A stretch of DNA of 43,418 nucleotides. Source: Eledone cirrhosa. Taxonomy: Eukaryota. The stretch spans positions 1 through 43,418 of the forward strand of contig CAXHJY010001516.1 in the NCBI GenBank assembly GCA_964016885.1, written 5' to 3'. The translations under genes and the position numbers were made by a program. The notes beneath the pieces are model-generated. The model saw only the letters and a list, made by a program, of their open reading frames with translations. It did not search any database and was not told the DNA's origin. Below are positions 11,802-22,084 of the stretch, one piece after another; position 1 is the first letter of the stretch, and each line of letters opens with the position of its first letter.

Positions 11802-12166
11802 GGAAAACGAAAAATCAGTGATGCATCGGAACTCAATTTATTGTGTGTTGCAATTGTTTCCCCGGCGAACAGCTCGAGGTTCGATCTGTGTGTGGATCGA
11901 CCTGACTCTAGACTTGCAGGTTCCTTGGACACGTCTATTGATTTCGGAACAAGCTCCGAAATCAATAGACGTGTTCGAGCTGATATATAGAAATCAATAG
12001 ACGCGCCTCGAGCTGTTCGCCAGGGAAACAATTGCAACACACAATAAATTGAGTTCCGATGCATCACTGATTTTTCGTTTTCCATTCTATAATACTCCGC
12101 TCCGTAGGAGCATAGAGTTCTCAACCGGCATACCGCCTATGGAAGCATCTTAGCTACCATTAGACA
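11799..12166. mobile_element. palindromic PLE-like insertion with rearranged centre
   Basis: 81-bp arms 11799-11879/12006-12086; nested hairpin 11929-11974; tail with ACUC/GAGU hairpin 12094-12118. Confidence 0.65.
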
Positions 12167-12356
12167 TATATATATATATATCATAAATCATGTCTATAGA
12201 ATCATCAGATATTAAAATATATACTATTTCTTCTTCTAATTAGCATAATTAACCATATACAAAATCAAATCTAGCAAGCTTTAAGAATAAATTTTCTTAT
12301 GGGGAAATCTCTGACAAACAATTGATCGTAGCCTCTTCGCGGCAGCCCCGTTCCAT

Positions 12357-12469
<113 letters not shown>

Positions 12470-12470
12470 A

Positions 12471-12550
<80 letters not shown>

Positions 12551-12553
<3 letters not shown>

Positions 12554-12826
12554 GAAGTTATATTTAATTTGTTGGGATACAACAAGCAAATATTTTTATA
12601 ACTGATATAAAGCACTCAACAAATTTTTGGAGTAAAAATACAATATATTATGGAGCTTCCAACCGACATGGTTGCATTCTTTAAGGGTCAATATTTGTTT
12701 ATAAAACTGATCTATATTATATTTTATCTGATGAAAGCGCACCATAATTTGCTTTGGTGTCCTTGAAATATGTATAATGAAATAAATATGGTTTTATAAA
12801 TATAGTTTCCATTTGTTAATATATTG

Positions 12827-12830
<4 letters not shown>
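12551..12830. mobile_element. PLE-like insertion (inverted tail + hammerhead arm)
   Basis: 13-bp inverted remnant 12638-12650/12817-12829; homologous to 15137-15419 in the opposite orientation. Confidence 0.75.
12720..12784 (+). ncRNA. type I minimal hammerhead ribozyme
   Basis: Stem I UAUUUUAU/AUGAAAUA; CUGAUGA 12728; stem II AAG-c-GCACCA..UGGUGU-c-CUU; GAAA 12765; UAUGUA; AUA triplet. Confidence 0.85.
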
Positions 12831-12890
<60 letters not shown>

Positions 12891-12895
<5 letters not shown>

Positions 12896-12935
12896 AATAT
12901 GGTTTTATAAAGATATTTTACGTTTATTAATATTC

Positions 12936-13030
<95 letters not shown>

Positions 13031-13067
13031 TTATACATTTATATATATATTTATACATTTATATATA

Positions 13068-13110
<43 letters not shown>

Positions 13111-13159
13111 TTATATATATATTTATATATTTATATATATATTTATATATTTATATATA

Positions 13160-13199
<40 letters not shown>

Positions 13200-13263
13200 G
13201 AATATATATATATATATAAAATAAATATGGTTTTATAAAGATATTTTACGTTTATTAATATTC

Positions 13264-13270
<7 letters not shown>
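12891..13270 (+). mobile_element. two ~50-bp terminal fragments related to the 12551 family, within (TA)n
   Basis: AAATAAATATGGTTTTATAAAGATATTTTACGTTTATTAATATTCTTAAT at ~12891 and ~13219; inverted remnant ATTAAGAATAT at 13195. Confidence 0.55.
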
Positions 13271-13319
<49 letters not shown>

Positions 13320-13494
13320 CACCACCACCACCACCACCTCCACCACAACCACAACCACCACCACCACTACCACCACCACCACCACCGCCTCCACCACAAC
13401 AATAACAACAGTAATCCTGTTTTTAATTATAAAAACAACAAAGTCAATGTTTCTATGTTTATTTGTACATATATTGTTTCACGTGTAATTACTG

Positions 13495-14560
13495 TACATA
13501 CACATATATACACACACATACATATACACACACATACATATACACACACATGCACACACATACACATACATACACACACATACATATACACACTCATGCA
13601 CACACATACACATATATACACACACATACATATACACACTCATGCACACACATACACATATATACGCATATATACATATACACACTCATGCACACACATA
13701 CACATATATACGCATATATACGCATATCCACACACATACACACATACACATAGATACATATGCACATGCACACACACATAGACAAATATATACACATATA
13801 CACACACATACACATATATACACACACATACATATACACACATATATACGCATATATACGCATATCCACACACATACACATAGATACACATACACATAGA
13901 CACACACACATAGACAAATATATACACATATACACACATACACATATATACACATATACACACACGCACACATACACATATGTACACATATACACACACA
14001 TACACACACATACATACACATAGATACACATATACACACATACACACACATACATATAGACACATACACACACACACACATACACATAGACAAATAAATA
14101 CACATATGCATATACATACTTACATATAAACACATACGCACACACATACACATATATACACATATATACACATATACATACACACACACACACACACATA
14201 GATACATATATACATACTCACATATAAACACATACGCAGACACATACGCATAGACACACATATACATACATATACACATATACACATAGACACATAGATA
14301 CTCATATACATACTTACATATACATATAGACACATACACACACACACACACGCATAGACAGATAAATATATACGTACATACTTATATATATACACACACA
14401 TACATACACACACATCCTCTCTCTCTCTATCTCTCTCTCTCTCTCTCTCCTTTATGCACATTAAGAGAGATAGCTATAAAACGGATAGATACATACGTAT
14501 ATGTACATGTATACACACACACACACATATGCATACACACATACTCATATATATATATAT
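13495..14560. repeat. degenerate (CA/TA)n low-complexity tract
   Basis: Directly visible. Confidence 0.9.
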
Positions 14561-14562
14561 TC

Positions 14563-14800
14563 TAAGGCGGGTAAAATTCCCGAGATCCATGGACGAGTTC
14601 TCTCCAGCGGTCTCTGTCCCTCATTATCGCTGCCATGTCCTGCGTCTCCAACAGACCAGTGTCTGTTGTCTTTAGGGCATCAACATACGTTAACCTTGGT
14701 CTTCCTCTTCCAGTGTGTCCATGTTGTGACTAGTGCTTCCTTCACTCCCAAACAAGCATGCATGCGCGCTTCGCTGGGATGCTCAATCTTGGCTTGGCAG
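14563..14800 (-). mobile_element. 3' end of RTE/RTEX-type LINE
   Basis: Minus-frame translation SQHGHTGRGRPRLTYVDALKTTDTGLLETQDMAAIMRDRDRWRELVHGSREFYPP*, a typical RTE-group C-terminus. Confidence 0.75.
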
Positions 14801-14865
14801 CCGTTGAGAATGGAGCTCCCGTTGAACGCTACCGCCAAGTGCGAATTTCGCGCAGTTATTATATA

Positions 14866-15100
14866 CGAGGGCAATCCCAAAAGTAAGGTCTCCTTCCGAG
14901 GAAAACACGCGTAAAGATCGGCGGATCACTCTGGATGCTCTCTGCATTTTTGTTCCTCAGGTTCCCTGAAGCACCATCAACAGGATTTTAATGGAAAAGT
15001 TGCAATATCGGAAGTTGCAATATCGGAAGTTGCAATATCGGAAGTTGCAATATCGGAAGTTGCAATATCGGAAGGAGACCTTACTTTTGGGATTGCCCTC

Positions 15101-15101
<1 letters not shown>
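14866..15101. mobile_element. mariner-type MITE (236 bp)
   Basis: Perfect 34-bp TIRs CGAGGGCAATCCCAAAAGTAAGGTCTCCTTCCGA, TA flanks, internal 15-bp unit AAGTTGCAATATCGG x5 (14997-15071). Confidence 0.9.
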
Positions 15102-15136
<35 letters not shown>

Positions 15137-15138
<2 letters not shown>

Positions 15139-15415
15139 GATATTAAACAAATGGAAACTATATTTATAAAACCATATTTATTTCGTTATATATATTTCTG
15201 GGATATCATATTAAAAATATGGTATGCCTTCCTCAGAGAAAATACAATACATAAGCTGTTTTATAAATAATTTGACATACCTTATAATAATGCAACTTCC
15301 ATTTAAAAAGTTGATTTGTTTAATATCGTAAACCTACTCCAGAAACTGTTGAGTGCTTTTATATCAGTTATAAAATATTTACTCGTTGTAACCCAACAAT
15401 TTTAAATAAAACTTT

Positions 15416-15419
<4 letters not shown>
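15137..15419. mobile_element. PLE-like insertion, sister of 12551-12830
   Basis: Inverted 17-mer 15137/15314-15330; tail hairpin 15336-15354. Confidence 0.7.
15179..15244 (-). ncRNA. degenerate type I hammerhead
   Basis: CUGAGGA..GAAA-UAUAUA-UA; stems I and II carry mismatches. Confidence 0.6.
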
Positions 15420-15477
<58 letters not shown>

Positions 15478-15765
15478 CTTATGTGATACAAGTGAGAGTA
15501 AAGAATTGTGGCTTGCTTAATTAGACATTTATATACGCTAAATTTGACGGTGAGAGGTTGTTGAGGTCGCCTTGCTGTAATAACTACAGTGGCTGTCCAG
15601 TATGCAACAGAAATGTGGTTCGATTCCTGTAGAAAGTTCAGTCTTTTCTCTTATCTGTGAATATATTGAATTTTATCATATCAATTATAAATAATCTTAT
15701 AATTATTCTCTCTCTCTGTCTCTCTCTGTCTGTCACTCTCTCTGTTGGATATATATATATATATC

Positions 15766-15814
<49 letters not shown>

Positions 15815-15827
15815 ATATATATATATA

Positions 15828-15872
<45 letters not shown>

Positions 15873-16026
15873 ATATATATATGTGTGTGTATGTATGTAT
15901 GTATGTATCATATTTAAAACCATATTTAAAATCGTGGAGAGAACAACAAAGATTTATGAATACATGTATATATTTAATGGCTGACAAGTTGTTTCAAATA
16001 TTGCACAGTATGAATGGACATATATG

Positions 16027-16089
<63 letters not shown>

Positions 16090-16563
16090 CTTTCATATAA
16101 TTGTTCTGCATTCACCTGCATAGAACCACATAGGTACTAAGACATAACTTATATATTTGCTAGCATGAGTGTACATCTGTACACATATGTTGGTAGATGT
16201 ACTAATTCTCTCTCTCTCTCTATATATATGTATGTATATATGTATATATGTATATATATATAAATATATGCATATACGCATACACCTACATATACGCATA
16301 CACCTACATACGTATATATATATATATATATATATGATGTTGACCAGTTCTCCTTTACCGCTAGTGTTTTTGATGCTCGGAGAGTGGGATTGGTCGAGTG
16401 CAAGGCCTTTCCCACCTTAAAAAACCTCCACAGCACAGGCATTACTTGTACAGGATATGTTACAGATTCGTGTGGCTGGCCATAGCTTAAAAGTGCACCA
16501 TTTTCTGTAATCTGACAAGCGACTGCAATACTCTTAGCAGAGTTTGCAGCCATCATATATATA

Positions 16564-16689
16564 TAAAATCAGGGTGGAGGCTGTAAAAACCAGTTAGACC
16601 ATTATTCACCTGAGTAATTGATACTTGGGGTAGTAGAGTGGGTAATATGAAAAATTCGGGACCCCGACGGCTGAACTACGGCCGTTTCA
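16564..16689 (-). mobile_element. family A single arm plus tail
   Basis: Homologous to 9248-9368. Confidence 0.65.
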
Positions 16690-16774
16690 CACACACACAT
16701 ATATATATATACACACACACGCATACATATATACATACACATACATATATACAAATAAACGCACACGCACACGC

Positions 16775-16856
<82 letters not shown>

Positions 16857-17256
16857 AAACACATATATACACACATACACACACACGTATACAGCTGTCT
16901 TCTTTATCACTGACTTCCCATGTCGAATCTGGTGTCTTTAACATCCCACCTTGTAACACAAACCATTAAACTACCCTCTCGATGGCGATTCCATAATATC
17001 TCTTCCAAAATAAACTAACTTTAACGAACTTTAACGACTTCCATCATAAAAGCAGACGACACCATTAATCAAATAGCAGACGACCGATTATTCGACACTG
17101 AATCAAACAGAAACTCTTTAATAACCGACCTAATAGTTCCCTTTTATCTCTTGTCACTTGAATTTGGACAAAATTGTTCTTTTAAGTGGTGTCCCCCGCC
17201 CTCTCCGCACCCTCTCTCTCGCCACCTTCGTCTCTCTGCGTGTATTGGTTCGCATG

Positions 17257-17314
<58 letters not shown>

Positions 17315-17489
17315 CGGGGGAGAATGGGCAGAGAGAAAGGGAGAGAGATATGTGAAATCCCAACCGCGGTGCCATGCGGTTTCGCCAAGCAGTGTCTATA
17401 CCAACTCTACATCTCCCCGTGAATCGAGTACTCAGATGATTAGTGTTCATCCAGGTCTCAGCACCGCAGACTCCCCCCCCCCCCACCAA

Positions 17490-17530
<41 letters not shown>

Positions 17531-17532
<2 letters not shown>

Positions 17533-17735
17533 ACAGACTAGGTGTGGTAACAACCAAGTAGACCATAACCCACCAGACTACCTCGATACTTGGGGTAGTA
17601 GAGTGGGTAATATGAAAGATTCGGGACTCCGACGGCCGAGCTCTGGCCCTTCCGACAGCAAGATCCAAACAGTTCGGATCTAGCTGTCCAAACGGCCGGA
17701 GCTCGGCCGTCGGAGTCCCGAATCTTTCATATTAT
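17531..17735. mobile_element. family A palindromic copy
   Basis: Imperfect palindrome ~17608-17735 plus left tail. Confidence 0.65.
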
Positions 17736-17745
17736 CTTTCATATA

Positions 17746-17963
17746 AGGCGTGTGGCTGAGTGTTTAGAGAATTGGATTCGCAATCGTAAGGTTGTGAGTT
17801 CGATTCCCGGACCAGGCGATGCGTTATGTCCTTGAGCAAGACACTTTATTTCACGTTGCTCCTTCTACCTGGAGTTGCGACCGATAGATAGTATTAGCAA
17901 TTGGAAAGACCAACGGAAACATTGTTCCCTCGGTCCGATTTAACGAAAGTCGATCGTTCCTTT
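17746..17963 (+). mobile_element. tRNA-derived SINE
   Basis: A-box TGGCTGAGTG, B-box GTTCGATTCC, then TGTCCTTGAGCAAGACACT core; near-identical copy at 34917-35134. Confidence 0.85.
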
Positions 17964-17990
17964 ATATATATATATATATCTATATATATA

Positions 17991-18070
<80 letters not shown>

Positions 18071-18104
18071 AATGATGAGAACGAGTGAGATACTGATAGA
18101 TAGA

Positions 18105-18457
18105 TTTCTTTATTTGCCACAAGGACGCACAAGAAAAGGGGACAATACAAGGTCATATGCCGGGGATTTTACATACAGCCGTGTAAAAAATTGAAATAAA
18201 CAATTATAACAATAGGGGGGAGACGCCACAAATGGGTTGTTTAATACCCCGTCGATAGAACAACCCTCAACTTCAGGAGCGTGTTGTGCAAGTGCTCCTT
18301 TCTTCGTTTTGCTCTCTTCTTCAACCTACAGGCTTATAAACAGAGAAGGACCAATCACTCGGACCATTTTTGCCACATTCAGCCACCTTTCAGTAAATTT
18401 ACTGGGGTGCAGTGCCTCTCTCTCCACTCCGATTCTCCTTCTAAAGTGGTACCTAAA
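18105..18457 (-). mobile_element. 5'-truncated Tx1-like LINE 3' end (sister family B) in (GATA)n
   Basis: Degenerate RRIGVEREAL..ORF2 end plus 3' UTR; homologous to 31497-31851. Confidence 0.85.
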
Positions 18458-18489
18458 GATAGACAGATAGACAGATAGATAGATAGATA

Positions 18490-18877
18490 TGTTTCTTTAT
18501 TAGCCACAGGGGCACAAAAGAAAGGGACAAATACAAAGGGGGAAGTTTACATACAATAAAAACGTGTAAAATGTTATCACAAATGCAATTTAAAAAAATA
18601 GTCGATTTTCCCCAATAGGGGGAGACAGTTTATATGGGTAACACATACCCCCGAAAAAATGTGAAACCCTCATCTCCAGGAGTACGAAGAGTTTGTACTC
18701 CTTTTCTCTCCTCCTCCTTTTCCTCAACCTACAGGCTGATATAGAGAGAAGGCCCATTCACTCGGGCCATTCTCGCCACTTTCACCCACCTTTCATAAAA
18801 CTTGCTGGGGTACAGCACCTCTCTCTCCATCCTGATTCTTCTTCCAAAGTGGTATTTAAAAAAAAGAATCAGTTGTT
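18490..18877 (-). mobile_element. 5'-truncated Tx1-like LINE 3' end (family C) in (GATA)n
   Basis: QLILFFKYHFGRRIRMEREVLYPSKFYERWVKVARMARVNGPSLYISL*; near-identical to the 3' part of 38120-38639. Confidence 0.9.
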
Positions 18878-18895
18878 GATAGATAGATAGATAGA

Positions 18896-18957
18896 TTTCT
18901 TTATTAGCCACAAGGGCGCAACAAGAAAAGGGGACAATACAAAGACATGCCGGGGAT
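18896..18957 (-). mobile_element. 62-bp extreme 3' fragment of family B in (GATA)n
   Basis: Reverse complement matches 31790-31851. Confidence 0.85.
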
Positions 18958-18993
<36 letters not shown>

Positions 18994-19289
18994 AAATTCA
19001 TATCCCATCATACAACCAAAAACACGCAATACATATTAATAGAAAAGTAAAAGTCAGCGTCACACCCCTCCCCAGGGCAATTACAACAAACGGCTGAGAT
19101 GATGGTGGCGGTGGTGGAAAGAGACTCCTCTCATCCTTCTAATGGGGGTTCTCTATGAAGAAACACCACCCTCCCCACCGAAATCTCTTCCCAAATTCTA
19201 CCCCGTAGTTTCATTTGTCTTATGGATCTCCGTCGTTTTCGACAACGAGCGTCCCCGTACTTTGATTAACGGAAAAAAAAAAACTTGCT

Positions 19290-19410
19290 TCTGAAATTAA
19301 CGCGTAAGTGGTTGAGCATTCCACAATCACGTGCTTCCCTAATGCATTTCTCAGGGAGATTCAGCATGGCACAGTGTGAGAGGCAACAGACCCTTTGAAT
19401 GACAGATATA
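19290..19410 (+). mobile_element. degenerate SINE/LINE-tail fragment
   Basis: TAAGTGGTTGAGCATTCCAC..TTCTCAGGGAGATTCAGC..CCCTTTGAA, recalled from cephalopod-type repeats. Confidence 0.4.
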
Positions 19411-20243
19411 AACTCGTCTTTCCAAAGTTGATATCTCACCTCCACTTCCCCGTTCCCCGGGCGTTCACTCTACCCCTCCCAGGAACACAACACGCTCCAG
19501 AAGAGTTGACCTCACCCCGCCCCCAGGATCTCAAAACCGCCCCCCTCCAGCGCTCCCTAAATACAGTTTCACTTACCATTAAGCTAGTCAAAAAAAGTAA
19601 TCTTTCAAATGGTGGTCCTTTATGGAAACTCGTCTCCTTCTTTCCCTCTTTTCCCCGACTCTCTGGAGCTCCCACCATCCTCCAATAGCAGACCCCCTCA
19701 CCCCATCACCACCCCGGTTTGCTCCCCCACCGCCGCCTATGTAGTTTCACTTACCATTAAGCTGGCCAACCAACTAAAAAGGCTTTCTCTGTTGTTTTAA
19801 CATGGCGGCCGCTTCGAATTCACAAAATTGAACAAAACATTCGTTTATTTGTATTGCTACACAACACTATGTTACCCCACACTACACCACACCACACTAC
19901 ATCACCCCCACACTACACCACACCACACTACATCACCCTACACTTCACCACACCAGACTATACTACACCAAACCACATCACACAACGCCAGACACATGTG
20001 CCTGTGAGTTCATATCTACCTATCTATCTATCTATCTATCTTGATAGAGTAAGACACGCTTCGCATCGGCTCCGCTATTCCATCGGGATTTACCCTTACT
20101 ATTGTAAGTACCGGATAAAATTTTTAGTGCAACACATTTGGAACACTAACCCCTGTTATTTAGGGAAACATTTTTGCATTTACCCCCTTTTTAGGGGGTA
20201 AAATAAATATCTATTTTTGCCGAAAAATTTCTTTCTTGGCAGC

Positions 20244-22079
20244 ATGGCGGAAAAGATGGCAGACATGTCTGCCATTAGCTCTGCCACGCCCCCCAAGTCT
20301 GAAGAACAAAAAATAATTACAACAAAATTAGACATTGAAACAAACAAACAAAATGAAAAAACAAATGTTAAGGAAAATGAGCAAACAGAAAACAAACAAA
20401 CAGAAAATAATACAAATAACGACAGGGCAACTTTCGCCCAGAAAACAAAGCAATCCATTACATACACACCAATTGACCTAACTGCCGCCAGAGAAAAACT
20501 GGCCGAAGCAAAGAAACATATTGTTTTGGGAGAGAACGGAATGTTTTCCATTAACTCCCCCCCAGAATTCAAGAAAGCCAGAGAAGAAAACACAGTTATA
20601 TACAGAACTATACTAAACCAGTCAAGAAAGCCAGCACAGCCCAGCCAAATGGAAATAGAGTTAGTCCTAAAAGACTATATGAAGAATATTCTCTTCATAC
20701 GAAAGGACCGACTCTATGGCAGCATTTCGGTCCTAACAAGAGACAAAGAAACGGCGGTTCAGCTTTCCCTAAGCCCACTCTCGTCGACAACATATAGCTT
20801 CTATCCCTCCTACATGGGTAGAAGAACACAGAGGGTAAAAGTAAAAACAATGCTGCCCACAATGGACTTCTGGTGGGCTATTGCTGGCTTCATTGATATG
20901 GGCGAAGACACTATGCTGTCAATGGGGAAGGCAACTGGAGATGCGTTCCTGGGAATGGGCCTCGACATACTAGTCCAAATGAGGCCCGAAAGAATAGCAC
21001 AAATCCCGGATCGCATCTGGCTGGATGACCTTACCCCAATAGACATAATTGTAGAGGGGAGAAGACCAGCATGCTATTTATGCATGGAAAGGGGACACGT
21101 TAAGGCTAACTGCCCGAAACGTATCCCCCAAAAAGGACTATTGCCCACACCCACCACAAACAGTACACCAGCACCACCCACCTCCAAAAATACACTAATA
21201 CCACACACAGCAAACAAAATACAGACACCACCAACCACAAACACAACACAAACATCACCACCACCAGCACCAAACACAAGCACGACACAAAAATCACCAC
21301 CACCAACCACAACACAAACATCACCACCACCATTACCAACCACAAGCACGACACAAACATTACCACCACCACCACCACAAAACCCATTCCAAACAAATAA
21401 TAAAAAAAACAGTAACAAATCTACCCCTCCCGCAAAAAAAAAACAACCACACAACACGTCCCTCCCACCTAGCGCTGAAGAGTTTCCCCCAACTTCTGAA
21501 GAAGAAGGAGGAGAAGCCTTCAGACAAGTTAAAAGAAAAAAAAGAAAACACACACCCAGCACACCACAAATAACCCACACACAAACACCAACTCCAATCA
21601 AAAACACCCCACCCTCAACAAACAAAAATAAATCTGCGCCTCCCCTCTCCGAAACATTGACAGCATCACAAAAAAAGACGTTGCAATACACATATATAAA
21701 TAAAGAAAACAAAAAACTGGTTAAATTAATAAACAATAACCCTATGGTGCAGACCGAAGGGCCAAACTTTATCTCAACAGAGAACTTCACCCATTTAAAA
21801 ATGATAAAGGTCCCTCTGGACCTTTATCGTTCCTTAAAAGAACAATTTAGACGGGACGTGAGCCCCCCCTGTTTAAAACCGTTGAATCGCGTCCTCTTGA
21901 AAGATTTCCCCATAACCGCCCCTCTCCCTGACACAACTCCAAATACCCCAACCCCACCACACACGTGTACCCCCACACCACCACAAAACATCCCTCCACC
22001 CAACACACCTGATGCCATGGAAATTACGCAACCCGGAGAGGTAAGTGCTTTTCTTTCTTCACTTTCAACACCAAAATAG
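20244..22079 (+). CDS. LINE ORF1 (gag-like, CCHC zinc knuckle, Pro/Thr-rich), intact
   Basis: ATG in GCAGCATGG context; CYLCMERGHVKANC = CX2CX4HX4C; basic KRKKRK; 611 aa. Confidence 0.9.
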   Translation: MAEKMADMSAISSATPPKSEEQKIITTKLDIETNKQNEKTNVKENEQTENKQTENNTNNDRATFAQKTKQSITYTPIDLTAAREKLAEAKKHIVLGENGMFSINSPPEFKKAREENTVIYRTILNQSRKPAQPSQMEIELVLKDYMKNILFIRKDRLYGSISVLTRDKETAVQLSLSPLSSTTYSFYPSYMGRRTQRVKVKTMLPTMDFWWAIAGFIDMGEDTMLSMGKATGDAFLGMGLDILVQMRPERIAQIPDRIWLDDLTPIDIIVEGRRPACYLCMERGHVKANCPKRIPQKGLLPTPTTNSTPAPPTSKNTLIPHTANKIQTPPTTNTTQTSPPPAPNTSTTQKSPPPTTTQTSPPPLPTTSTTQTLPPPPPQNPFQTNNKKNSNKSTPPAKKKQPHNTSLPPSAEEFPPTSEEEGGEAFRQVKRKKRKHTPSTPQITHTQTPTPIKNTPPSTNKNKSAPPLSETLTASQKKTLQYTYINKENKKLVKLINNNPMVQTEGPNFISTENFTHLKMIKVPLDLYRSLKEQFRRDVSPPCLKPLNRVLLKDFPITAPLPDTTPNTPTPPHTCTPTPPQNIPPPNTPDAMEITQPGEVSAFLSSLSTPK

Positions 22080-22084
22080 ATCAA

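Noticed and set aside
16337-16556. Unique minus-strand ORF start MMAANSAKSIAV..
   Set aside because: No recognisable domain or splice sites; bounded by (TA)n, more likely a repeat fragment.
17370-17472. GAETW-containing minus-strand peptide resembling a LINE RT fragment
   Set aside because: A single short motif is too weak to annotate.
17746-17815. tRNA gene
   Set aside because: A/B boxes continue into a SINE core, with no convincing cloverleaf or acceptor stem.
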